Made by a program: the position numbers and the translations under genes
From: Eledone cirrhosa
Taxonomy: Eukaryota
Length of the DNA stretch: 64,000 nt
Assembly (NCBI GenBank): GCA_964016885.1
Contig: OZ024743.1
Location: 34,286,001-34,350,000, forward strand
Direction of reading: 5' to 3'
Notes under the pieces: generated by a model
What the model saw: the letters and a program-made list of their open reading frames with translations, nothing else
Told to the model about the DNA's origin: nothing
Database searches by the model: none
In this document: positions 38,301-51,384 of the stretch, piece by piece
How positions within the stretch are numbered: position 1 is the first letter of the stretch
Layout: the number at the start of each line of letters is the position of its first letter

Positions 38301-41300
38301 TAGAATGACAGAGTCGTTAGAACGTCGGATAGAATGGCAGAGTGGTTAGAACATCAGATAGAATGGCAGAGTGGTTAGAACGTCAGATAGAATGGCAGAG
38401 TGGTTAGAACGTCAGATAGAATGGCAGAGTGGTTAGAACGGCTGATAGAATGGCAGAGTGGTTAGAACGGCTGAGAGAATGTCAGAGTCGTTAGAACGGC
38501 TGATAGAATGGCAGAGTCGTTAGAACGTCGGATAGAATGGCAGAGTGGTTAGAACGTCAGATAGAATGGCAGAGTGGTTAGAACGTCAGATAGAATGGCA
38601 GAGTGGTTAGAACGGCTGATAGAATGGCAGAGTGGTTAGAACGGCTGATAGAATGGCAGAGTGGTTAGAACGGCTGATAGAATGTCAGAGTCGTTAGAAC
38701 GGCTGATAGAATGACAGAGTCGTTAGAACGTCGGATAGAATGGCAGAGTGGTTAGAACGTCGGATAGAATGGCAGAGTGGTTAGAACGTCGGATAGAATG
38801 GCAGAGTGGTTAGAACGTCGGATAGAATGGCAGAGTGGTTAGAACATCAGATAGAATGGCAGAGTGGTTAGAACGGCTGATAGAATGGCAGAGTGGTTAG
38901 AACGGCTGATAGAATGGCAGAGTCGTTAGAACGTCGGATAGAATGGCAGAGTCGTTAGAACGTCGGATAGAATGGCAGAGTCGTTAGAACGTCGGATAGA
39001 ATGGCAGAGTGGTTAGAACGGCTGATAGAATGGCAGAGTGGTTAGAACGGCTGATAGAATGGCAGAGTGGTTAGAACGGCTGATAGAATGGCAGAGTGGT
39101 TAGAACGGCTGATAGAATGGCAGAGTGGTTAGAACGGCTGATAGAATGTCAGAGTCGTTAGAACGGCTGATAGAATGACAGAGTCGTTAGAACGTCGGAT
39201 AGAATGGCAGAGTGGTTAGAACATCAGATAGAATGGCAGAGTGGTTAGAACGTCAGATAGAATGGCAGAGTGGTTAGAACGTCAGATAGAATGGCAGAGT
39301 GGTTAGAACGGCTGATAGAATGGCAGAGTGGTTAGAACGGCTGATAGAATGTCAGAGTCGTTAGAACGGCTGATAGAATGGCAGAGTCGTTAGAACGTCG
39401 GATAGAATGGCAGAGTGGTTAGAACGTCAGATAGAATGGCAGAGTGGTTAGAACGTCAGATAGAATGGCAGAGTGGTTAGAACGGCTGATAGAATGGCAG
39501 AGTGGTTAGAACGGCTGATAGAATGGCAGAGTGGTTAGAACGGCTGATAGAATGTCAGAGTCGTTAGAACGGCTGATAGAATGACAGAGTCGTTAGAACG
39601 TCGGATAGAATGGCAGAGTGGTTAGAACATCAGATAGAATGGCAGAGTGGTTAGAACGTCAGATAGAATGGCAGAGTGGTTAGAACGGCTGATAGAATGG
39701 CAGAGTGGTTAGAACGTCGGATAGAATGGCAGAGTGGTTAGAACGTCAGATAGAATGGCAGAGTGGTTAGAACGTCGGATAGAATGGCAGAGTCGTTAGA
39801 ACGTCAGATAGAATGGCAGAGTGGTTAGAACATCAGATAGAATGGCAGAGTGGTTAGAACGTCAGATAGAATGGCAGAGTGGTTAGAACGGCTGATAGAA
39901 TGGCAGAGTGGTTAGAACGTCGGATAGAATGGCAGAGTGGTTAGAACGTCAGATAGAATGGCAGAGTGGTTAGAACGGCTGATAGAATGGCAGAGTGGTT
40001 AGAACGGCTGATAGAATGTCAGAGTCGTTAGAACGGCTGATAGAATGGCAGAGTCGTTAGAACGTCGGATAGAATGGCAGAGTGGTTAGAACGTCGGATA
40101 GAATGGCAGAGTGGTTAGAACATCAGATAGAATGGCAGAGTGGTTAGAACGGCTGATAGAATGGCAGAGTGGTTAGAACGGCTGATAGAATGGCAGAGTG
40201 GTTAGAACGGCTGATAGAATAGCAGAGTGGTTAGAACGGCTGATAGAATGGCAGAGTGGTTAGAACGTCAGATAGAATGGCAGAGTGGTTAGAACGGCTG
40301 ATAGAATGGCAGAGTGGTTAGAACGTCGGATAGAATGGCAGAGTCGTTAGAACGTCAGATAGAATGGCAGAGTGGTTAGAACATCAGATAGAATGGCAGA
40401 GTGGTTAGAACGTCAGATAGAATGGCAGAGTGGTTAGAACGGCTGATAGAATGGCAGAGTGGTTAGAACGTCGGATAGAATGGCAGAGTGGTTAGAACGT
40501 CAGATAGAATGGCAGAGTGGTTAGAACGGCTGATAGAATGGCAGAGTGGTTAGAACGGCTGATAGAATGTCAGAGTCGTTAGAACGGCTGATAGAATGGC
40601 AGAGTCGTTAGAACGTCGGATAGAATGGCAGAGTGGTTAGAACGTCGGATAGAATGGCAGAGTGGTTAGAACATCAGATAGAATGGCAGAGTGGTTAGAA
40701 CGGCTGATAGAATGGCAGAGTGGTTAGAACGGCTGATAGAATGGCAGAGTGGTTAGAACGGCTGATAGAATGGCAGAGTGGTTAGAACGGCTGATAGAAT
40801 GGCAGAGTCGTTAGAACGGCTGATAGAATGGCAGAGTGGTTAGAACATCAGATAGAATGGCAGAGTGGTTAGAACGGCTGATAGAATGGCAGAGTGGTTA
40901 GAACGGCTGATAGAATGGCAGAGTGGTTAGAACGGCTGATAGAATGGCAGAGTCGTTAGAACGGCTGATAGAATGGCAGAGTGGTTAGAACATCAGATAG
41001 AATGGCAGAGTGGTTAGAACGTCCGATAGAATGGCAGAGTGGTTAGAACGTCGGATAGAATGGCAGAGTGGTTAGAACGTCGGATAGAATGGCAGAGTGG
41101 TTAGAACGTCGGATAGAATGGCAGAGTGGTTAGAACGTCGGATAGAATGGCAGAGTGGTTAGAACGTCAGATAGAATGTCAGAGTCGTTAGAACATCAGA
41201 TAGAATGGCAGAGTCGTTAGAACATCAGATAGAATGGCAGAGTGGTTAGAACGTCGGATAGAATGGCAGAGTGGTTAGAACATCAGATAGAATGGCAGAG

Positions 41301-43914
41301 TGGTTAGAACGTCGGATAGAATGGCAGAGTGGTTAGAACGTCGGATAGAATGGCAGAGTGGTTAGAACGTCGGATAGAATGGCAGAGTGGTTAGAACGTC
41401 AGATAGAATGGCAGAGTGGTTAGAACGTCGGATAGAATGGCAGAGTGGTTAGAACGTCAGATAGAATGACAGAGTGGTTAGAACGTCAGATAGAATGGCA
41501 GAGTGGTTAGAACGGCTGATAGAATGGCAGAGTGGTTAGAACGGCTGATAGAATGGCAGAGTGGTTAGAACGGCTGATAGAATGTCAGAGTCGTTAGAAC
41601 GGCTGATAGAATGACAGAGTCGTTAGAACGTCGGATAGAATGGCAGAGTGGTTAGAACATCAGATAGAATGGCAGAGTGGTTAGAACGTCAGATAGAATG
41701 GCAGAGTGGTTAGAACGGCTGATAGAATGGCAGAGTGGTTAGAACGTCGGATAGAATGGCAGAGTGGTTAGAACGTCAGATAGAATGGCAGAGTGGTTAG
41801 AACGTCGGATAGAATGGCAGAGTCGTTAGAACGTCAGATAGAATGGCAGAGTGGTTAGAACATCAGATAGAATGGCAGAGTGGTTAGAACGTCAGATAGA
41901 ATGGCAGAGTGGTTAGAACGGCTGATAGAATGGCAGAGTGGTTAGAACGGCTGATAGAATGGCAGAGTGGTTAGAACGGCTGATAGAATGTCAGAGTCGT
42001 TAGAACGGCTGATAGAATGACAGAGTCGTTAGAACGTCGGATAGAATGGCAGAGTGGTTAGAACATCAGATAGAATGGCAGAGTGGTTAGAACGTCAGAT
42101 AGAATGGCAGAGTGGTTAGAACGGCTGATAGAATGGCAGAGTGGTTAGAACGTCGGATAGAATGGCAGAGTGGTTAGAACGTCAGATAGAATGGCAGAGT
42201 GGTTAGAACGTCGGATAGAATGGCAGAGTCGTTAGAACGTCAGATAGAATGGCAGAGTGGTTAGAACATCAGATAGAATGGCAGAGTGGTTAGAACGTCA
42301 GATAGAATGGCAGAGTGGTTAGAACGGCTGATAGAATGGCAGAGTGGTTAGAACGTCGGATAGAATGGCAGAGTGGTTAGAACGTCAGATAGAATGGCAG
42401 AGTGGTTAGAACGGCTGATAGAATGGCAGAGTGGTTAGAACGGCTGATAGAATGTCAGAGTCGTTAGAACGGCTGATAGAATGGCAGAGTCGTTAGAACG
42501 TCGGATAGAATGGCAGAGTGGTTAGAACGTCGGATAGAATGGCAGAGTGGTTAGAACATCAGATAGAATGGCAGAGTGGTTAGAACGGCTGATAGAATGG
42601 CAGAGTGGTTAGAACGGCTGATAGAATGGCAGAGTGGTTAGAACGGCTGATAGAATGGCAGAGTGGTTAGAACGGCTGATAGAATGGCAGAGTCGTTAGA
42701 ACGGCTGATAGAATGGCAGAGTGGTTAGAACATCAGATAGAATGGCAGAGTGGTGAGAACGGCTGATAGAATGGCAGAGTGGTTAGAACGGCTGATAGAA
42801 TGGCAGAGTGGTTAGAACGGCTGATAGAATGGCAGAGTCGTTAGAACGGCTGATAGAATGGCAGAGTGGTTAGAACATCAGATAGAATGGCAGAGTGGTT
42901 AGAACGTCCGATAGAATGGCAGAGTGGTTAGAACGTCGGATAGAATGGCAGAGTGGTTAGAACGTCGGATAGAATGGCAGAGTTGTTAGAACGTCGGATA
43001 GAATGGCAGAGTGGTTAGAACGTCGGATAGAATGGCAGAGTGGTTAGAACGTCAGATAGAATGTCAGAGTCGTTAGAACATCAGATAGAATGGCAGAGTC
43101 GTTAGAACATCAGATAGAATGGCAGAGTGGTTAGAACGTCGGATAGAATGGCAGAGTGGTTAGAACATCAGATAGAATGGCAGAGTGGTTAGAACGTCGG
43201 ATAGAATGGCAGAGTGGTTAGAACGTCGGATAGAATGGCAGAGTGGTTAGAACGTCGGATAGAATGGCAGAGTGGTTAGAACGTCAGATAGAATGGCAGA
43301 GTGGTTAGAACGTCGGATAGAATGGCAGAGTGGTTAGAACGTCGGATAGAATGGCAGAGTGGTTAGAACGTCGGATAGAATGGCAGAGTGGTTAGAACGT
43401 CGGATTGAATGGCAGAGTCGTTAAAACGTCAGATAGAATGGCAGAGTGGTTAGAACGTCAGATAGAATGGCAGAGTGGTTAGAACGTCGGATAGAATGGC
43501 AGAGTCGTTAGAACGTCGGATAGAATGGCAGAGTGGTTAGAACGTCGGATAGAATGGCAGAGTGGTTAGAACGTCGGATAGAATGGCAGAGTCGTTAGAA
43601 CGTCGGATAGAATGCTTTATGGTATTAGTTCCAGCTCTCTGCTCTCTGAGTTCAAATCCCCCCGAGGTCAACTTTGCCTTTCATCCTTTCGACCTCGATA
43701 AAAAAACGTACCAGTCAACTACTGGGGTGAATTCTTTCTCTATATTTCTTTCTCGTTTCCTCTCTCTCACTTTCTATCCTTTTCTGGACGAAATCTGCTG
43801 TACTCAGGCCTGGAGAGGGATGGGCTCCGCCAGGCTTAAAAAGAAAAACGCCCAAGTATGTCAATACGGCGTCCCTAAGACTCTATCAGAAGGTACGGCG
43901 CCATACATACATAC
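32323..43914 (+). mobile_element. Single SINE insertion with internally amplified head, flanked by a 14-bp TSD
   Basis: TSD AATATAGGCAAAAG at 32309-32322 and 43915-43928; starts TTGGTGAATTAGCAGAGTAG; after the array come the B box, core and a (CATA)n tail. Confidence 0.85.
32332..43614 (+). repeat. 29-bp satellite, about 389 units, with higher-order structure
   Basis: Unit TGGCAGAGTGGTTAGAACGTCGGATAGAA with few recurring variants (GTCG/GTCA/GGCT/ATCA; GTGG/GTCG; GGC/GTC/GAC). Confidence 0.98.
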
Positions 43915-44290
43915 AATATAGGCAAAAGGCGAGCAGATTGTTTTGGGGTGGGGAGATCAAAGTTGATTAAATCAACTCCAGTACTTGACTGGCATCTTAT
44001 TTTATCGGATCGGGAAGATTGAAATAAAAACTTAATTTTGGTGGGATTTGAACTCAGAATTTAAAGAGCCAGGAGAAATATCACAAAATATTTTAACCGG
44101 CGCTCTACCAATTTTGCCAATCGACCATGTTTCTCGCCTCTACTAATATTTGTTTCTAGTATAGGCACAAAGCCAGCAATTTGAGGCGGATGGGAAATTC
44201 GATTAAATCCACTCCAGTGCATTTCTGGTACTTTATTTTATCGACCCCGTAAGGATGAAAGGCAAAGTTAACCTCGGCGGGATTTGAACT
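43915..44290 (-). mobile_element. Two minus-strand SINEs; the first is the host split by the 11.6 kb insertion
   Basis: Tail TTTCTAATATAGGCAAAAG at 32304-32322 continues at 43929 into the SINE body; second copy at 44150-44290. Confidence 0.8.
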
Positions 44291-44324
44291 CTCTAACAGC
44301 ATTAATAACAGCACACACTGCCAA

Positions 44325-45413
44325 AAGCTCCACCACCACCACCACCACCACCATCATCATTAGCGTCAACACTAACACTACCACAATCTACAAATACTCT
44401 CACCAAAACCACTACCATCAGCATCACCTCCACCATCACAACCACCAGCACCACTACCATCGTTACTTTCACCACAATAACCGCAACCACTACCATTACC
44501 ATCAACCCCATCACCACTATAAGCACCAACTCTACCACTCCCCCCCCCCCCACACACACACACCAATAAACACCACCACCACCGCCAGCACCAATAACAA
44601 CACCGCCATAAGCCCCAACGTCTAAACTAGGATCAATGTCACTACCATCACCGCTCGTTACTATCAACGCTACAACCACCACCATGAACATCACCACCAC
44701 CACCACCACCACCACAACCACCACTACGACCACGACCACCAATACCACAACTACCATCACCACCATCACCACCACAACCAACAGTACAACCACCACCATC
44801 ACCAGCACCACCACCACCACAAATACCATCACCACCATTACTACTACCACCAACACCACAACAAAACCACCAATACCACAACCACCACCACCAATACCAC
44901 CACCACCACCATTACCACTACCACAATCAATAACAACAACAACAACAACAATGTTCGTGACTCTTCCCGCAGTCACCACCACCACCACCATCACCACCAC
45001 CACCACAACAACAACAACCACCACAACAACCACCAACACCAACACCACAACAACCACCACCACCACCACCACAACAACAACAACCACCACAACAACCACC
45101 AACACCAACACCACAACAACCACCACCACCACCACATCAACAACAACAACCACCACAACAACCACCAACACCAACACCACAACAACCACCACCACCACCA
45201 CATCAACAACCACCACAACAACCACCAACACCAACACCACAACAACCACCACCACCACCACAACAACAACCACAACAACCACCAACACCAACACCACAAC
45301 AACCACGACCATCACCACCACAACAACTACCACCATCACCACCACCATCACCACCACCAACACCACAACAACCACCAACACCACCACCACCACAACCACT
45401 ATCACCACCACCC
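44325..45413. repeat. (ACC)/(AAC) low-complexity tract with ~57-60 bp local periodicity
   Basis: CAC/AAC runs; source of the poly-T/poly-V ORFs. Confidence 0.9.
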
Positions 45414-45669
45414 GCTAATAAACTGTGTTTATATAATCTTCACCGAGACTTAACCGTTCAGCCCTCCGAAAGTGGCCCCATTTCCAGCACTTTGGGTGGG
45501 CCACTATAGGTATGTGGTGAAAGATCAACACTGATTACTTAAGCAACACTGCGTAGTTGTTCAGTTTTGGATGGTTATCATTTTTACTTTGATTAATTGC
45601 TAACATTAGAGGTGAATTCACATTTCAATATTAACGAAGATGGGTATGTGTGATTGTCTGCCCGTATGT

Positions 45670-45670
45670 G

Positions 45671-45764
<94 letters not shown>

Positions 45765-46140
45765 TATATGCATATATATTTATACATATATATATGCATA
45801 TATATTTATACATATATATATGCATATATATTTATACATATAAACATATATATATATTTATACATATATATTTATACATATGTATATGCATATATATTTA
45901 TACATATATATATGCATATATATTTATACATATATATATGCATATATATTTATACATATAAACATATATATATATTTATACATATATATTTATACATATG
46001 TATATGCATATATATTTATACATATATATATGCATATATATTTATACATATATATATATGCATATATATTTATACATATATATATATGCATATATATTTA
46101 TACATATATATATATGCATATATATTTATACATATATATA

Positions 46141-46171
<31 letters not shown>

Positions 46172-46172
46172 A

Positions 46173-46203
<31 letters not shown>

Positions 46204-46215
46204 ATATATACATAT

Positions 46216-46262
<47 letters not shown>

Positions 46263-46285
46263 CATATACATATATATACATATAC

Positions 46286-46317
<32 letters not shown>

Positions 46318-46438
46318 ATATATATACATACATATATATATATATATATACATATATATATACATATACATATATATATACATATATATATACATATACA
46401 TATATATATACATATACATATATATATACATATACATA

Positions 46439-46490
<52 letters not shown>

Positions 46491-46557
46491 CATATATACA
46501 TATATATATACATATATATATACATATACATAAACATATACATATATATATATATAC

Positions 46558-46600
<43 letters not shown>

Positions 46601-46607
46601 TATATAC

Positions 46608-46672
<65 letters not shown>

Positions 46673-46768
46673 CATATATATATATACATATATATATATA
46701 CATATATATATATACATATATACATATATATATACTTATATACATATATATATATACATATATATACA

Positions 46769-46800
<32 letters not shown>

Positions 46801-46859
46801 CTTATACATATATACTTATACATATACATATATATATAAATATATATATATATATATTT

Positions 46860-46906
<47 letters not shown>

Positions 46907-47352
46907 CATACATACATACATACAAACACGCACACAGCTACGTTTGTATAAATATATCCTCAAACTCACATACACACACATACACGTACACATACATACA
47001 TACATACATACATACATACATACATACATACATACATACATACATACATACATACATACATACATACATACATACATACATACATACATACATACATACG
47101 TGTCAGTGTGTGTGTTTGTATACATGTATATATGTATGCTACTGTCTATTTATATATGCATGTGTGGTAAAAAGCTGTGTTGTGTAAACTAAATATAGTG
47201 AAAAATAGTTCAAGATCACTTCTTAACTCTCTAACAGCACTTTTTGTTTATTTCTCTAATTTGTTATATCTAACGCTACAGTCGATTTATCAAGACAAAA
47301 CAATATAATCTGACTAGTTCACATGTATATATGTACACACACATACGCACAC

Positions 47353-47403
<51 letters not shown>

Positions 47404-47753
47404 TATATATATATATAAATAATTATATATATAAATATATATATACTTATATATAAATATAAATTATATATACGTATATATACGTACATACATATACACA
47501 CACACACACACATATATATATACACACACACGCACACACATATATATATATATGCATATATATATATGCATATATATATATATATACATATATATATACA
47601 TATATACATATATATATATATGCATATATATATATATGCATATATATATACATGCATATATATATACATGCATATATATATACATATATATGTATATATA
47701 TGCATATATATACATGCATATATGAATAAACAAATATATATTTACGTATGTAT

Positions 47754-47795
<42 letters not shown>

Positions 47796-48000
47796 ATGCA
47801 TATATATATATATATGTGTGTGTGTGCGTGTGCGTGTGTGTATATATATGTGTATGTGTGTGTGTGCGCGTGTGTGTGTGTATATGTGTGTACGTATATA
47901 TACTACATACATATATATATATATATACGCACGTACGTATATATGTATGTATGTATATATGTATATATGTATGTATATATGTATGTATGTACGTATATGA
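45670..48000. repeat. Extended (TA)/(TACA)/(CATA)/(TG) microsatellite field
   Basis: Visible simple repeats with a short unique interval at about 47100-47330. Confidence 0.93.
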
Positions 48001-48124
48001 GTGTGTACCAGCGTGAGTACACGTATAAGTAATTTAACAGTGTTTTCTGTTAATATTCTGTTAATTTTATTTTTTTTTTTTTACATATAATACTGAAGTA
48101 GCTTCTCATGTTGATCTTAGATTT

Positions 48125-48258
48125 AATAATTGTTTCTACTTTTGGCACATGGCCAGGACATTTGAGGGGAGGGAAAAAGTCAATTAAATTGACACCAGTA
48201 CATTACTGGTACTTTATTTCATCGACACCGTAAGGATGAAAGGCAAAGTTAACCTTGG
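48125..48258 (-). mobile_element. SINE 3' portion
   Basis: TGTTTCTACTTTTGGCAC...GGATGAAAGGCAAAGTTAACC. Confidence 0.8.
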
Positions 48259-48259
48259 A

Positions 48260-48710
48260 AGTTTTTGTCTTGTATTTATTTTCGTTTTTGTCTTCTGGTT
48301 TTGTCTTCGGGACCCCCCCCCCCCCCCCTTATCTTCACTTGGAGATGAGGAGGTTCCGGCATCTGTTTCGGGTTTTATTAGATGTGTTTTATTTTTGCTG
48401 TGGGTGTCTATGTGTGTGTTTTGTGTTTTGAGGTGGCGGTGAGTGTGAGAAGGAGAGGGAGTGCTTTTTTCATGGACTCTCCCTGGGTGGTTCGGTTGCT
48501 GTTGTTGGTGGTGGTGGGTGTTCAGTTATTGATGTTGTTGATGTTGTTGGTCTTGATACTGTCATTGCAGCTGCTGCTGGTGTTGTTGGTGAACCAGATG
48601 TTGTTGTTGGTCGTTGTTGTTTTGGTTGCTGTTGTTACTGTTGAGGTTCGGGTATCGGCAGCAAGGGTCCTCTGTCTTTTGTTGAGGCAATGCGAACTTT
48701 GTTCATCTTC
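48260..48710 (-). mobile_element. Possible Tx1 ORF1 low-complexity remnant
   Basis: Minus strand is Q/T/P-rich, ending ...TSSSPSEDKGG..PKTK, similar in composition to the ORF1 tail (ISSEDEGAPFQKVK) at 15200-15550. Confidence 0.35.
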
Positions 48711-48718
48711 CCATTGTG

Positions 48719-48860
48719 AAGACGCATGGCTTAGTGGTTAGAGCATCGGGCTTGCAATCGAAAGGTTGTGAGTTCAATTCTCGGACCGGGTGATGTGTTG
48801 TTTCCTTGAGCAAGACACTTTATTTCACGTTGCTCCAGTTTACTCAGCTGTAGAAATGAG
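48719..48860 (+). mobile_element. CORE-type tRNA SINE
   Basis: A box TGGCTTAGTGG, B box GAGTTCAATTC, CORE-like TCCTTGAGCAAGACACTT. Confidence 0.8.
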
Positions 48861-49109
48861 ATGATAGGACTGGGGTCCCTATCATTAAATCACCCAAGAC
48901 ACCTCCAGCGAGATATACCTTGGAGGAGGCCAGCTAAACCTGCATAGGTGTGAGCTGTAACAACAACAACAACTTGTGAGAGGGAATCAAAATAAATTGG
49001 TCCGTTTTGCACTGTATCACAGAGTACAGCTTAGCAAGGGCCTCGCTATTGACGAGCACCAACATGCTCCTCCCAAACTGCTTGGCCCTTGCCACATGTT
49101 GAATGTCTG

Positions 49110-49154
<45 letters not shown>

Positions 49155-49268
49155 ATGAAGAACTAGCGTCCGAATCGTTAAGACCCTCTTCTTGCTATAT
49201 CAAACGTTAACCTAATATATCCCTTCCATATACTGTACCGATTGTGTTGTTATTTCTGTTTGCCTTTT

Positions 49269-49318
<50 letters not shown>

Positions 49319-51007
49319 GCTCCGTTGAAATGTGTTCACCTTTAATTTATTGATGGGATCAGTGGCGTTATTCGTTATCTAAAAACAAAAACAGGGCCGT
49401 TTTTCGACCAGACCCTTTATGAAAAAGAAAACAAGAAGAAAAAGAAAAAGAAAAAGAAAAAGAAAAAGAAGAAGTCGGTTTCGGGTTAAATAACAACATA
49501 GGGGTGCTTCAACGAGCTCTCTGCACGACTTAAACTAAATCTAACATCGCCAAAATAGAACTGGAAGAAAAAGATTTTAAAAAGTAAATCAACACAGAAA
49601 ACTAAGAGATTATTCTAATGTAAGGCATATGTCCATCACATGCGATATCTCAGCGAGACAACATGCAACGCGTGAAAAAATTAAATCAACACGAAAAATT
49701 ATGAAGCGAATCACTAAATACAGACATAAAAATTCTTTAAGTACGAAAATCATTGCGTATGCAATTTAATGTTTATGCATCATACGCTCGAAAACATGTG
49801 ACACAAACGAAGCTAATCAAACGCAAAATGAACTTCTAAACACAAACAAAACAAAAGAGAACGAATAATCTCGAAACATGTCTTCAAACATATTACTATC
49901 TGCATTATAAAAAAAAAAAGCAATCAACTGTACCCGGTGATAAATCTAAAATAGAGGTTTCAAAGTGTAAATTTTATGTAATAACTCTACGAACTTTGTC
50001 TCATAACATGGGGAGCATAGACAGCATCCTTTCAAAAGGTTAACATTGTAAACACAGGCCTATCTCTGGACGTCTCTCGGCGTCCAAAGGAAAAGTAAAA
50101 TTAAAAGAGAATGTTGAAAAAATGATGTCTAAATTGAGGTGTCACATGCATTCTACACAGCAACACTGTATCCCAAAATAAACGAAAGCTTTATAAAAGA
50201 GATATATAAGCTATGAGAAAAAAGAACAAAGAATCAAGGAAAAGTATTGCACCAGAAACACCGGCAGACGTACGAAGATTTATTGGACGGAAGGCCAAAG
50301 AACCCAAAATTGAAATAAAATACACACTGAATATAAACCAATTAACCAAATATAACAACGTGTTATCAACGAAAATAGTGCAACAAAACTTATCTTTCCT
50401 TAAAAGCCACAATAATACAAATATACAATAAATGATGATCTAAAACAAAGTGAAATTATTATATAGCTGTCCACGCAAGAAATAAATCACACCCATAGAC
50501 ATAAAAACAGAATGTCAAAGACCATAGAAACAGGCAATGAAATACACAGGCGCAACAAAAATATAACATCCAACCCACACATAACAATAAAAGAAATATA
50601 AACCCACACTACGACAGAGCCACTAAAATTGAAAATGAGAATGTCTGATTGAAGAAATATAGAAAACAGAAGAGAACATTTCAAAATCAGTTAGCAAATC
50701 TCAACGTGACCATCTTCATAGTTTCAGAAAAAAAATGAACACCTTCTCAATGAAAGAACAAATAAATATATCAGAGTCCTGCAAGAATGTATGCTCATGA
50801 CAACAGATTGCTTGAATATCGATAGACTGCGTGATTTGATTGATTCAGTAGCAAAAGTGATATCAAAGGAAATTTGTAAGGATCTAACATGCAAAAGAAA
50901 ATAACAAAAAAATATAACATAAGTAAAATAGAAGACACCTTGGAAGCAAAAACAAAACCTCATGCCGCATAAATCGTTATGAAAAGTATGAAAGCTTCTT
51001 CCAAGAA

Positions 51008-51330
51008 AATAATTGTTTCTACTTTTGGCACAAGGTCAGCAATTACCCAGTACTAGTACTTTATTTTATCGACCCCATAAGGATGAAAGGCAAAGTTAAC
51101 TTCGGCGGGATTTGAACTCAGAATGACAAGGACCGTAACTCTATGCGTCAAAGAAAATAATTGTTTCTACTATTGGCACAAGGCCAGCAATTACCCAGTA
51201 CTGGTACTTTATTTTATCGACCCCGTAAGGATGAAAGGCAAAGTTAACCTCGGCTGGATTTTAACTCAGAATGGCAACGGCCGTAACTCAATGCGTCAAA
51301 GCATGGCGTCCGACCCTCTACCGATACTGA
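51008..51330 (-). mobile_element. SINE with ~143 bp tandem duplication of its 3' part
   Basis: CAAGAAAATAATTGTTTCTACT...CCGTAACTC(T/A)ATGCGTCAAAG appears twice. Confidence 0.85.
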
Positions 51331-51384
51331 CACCAAACGATTCTATACAAACAGTAACTGTAACTACTACGATATTGACTGCAG

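Noticed and set aside
32332-43614. CRISPR array (29-bp repeats)
   Set aside because: Units are contiguous with no unique spacers, there are no cas genes, and the context is eukaryotic with a SINE origin.
44302-45418. Mucin-like poly-Thr / poly-Val ORFs (also His-rich 9634-9948)
   Set aside because: (ACC)n/(AAC)n low complexity, no signal peptide or clear splice context; similar tracts recur through the window.
48719-48800. Genuine tRNA gene
   Set aside because: A/B boxes run directly into a CORE-like SINE body and no proper acceptor stem is evident.
49310-51000. Possible decayed retroelement ORF on plus (K/N-rich pieces)
   Set aside because: No diagnostic motif could be identified confidently, so left unclassified.
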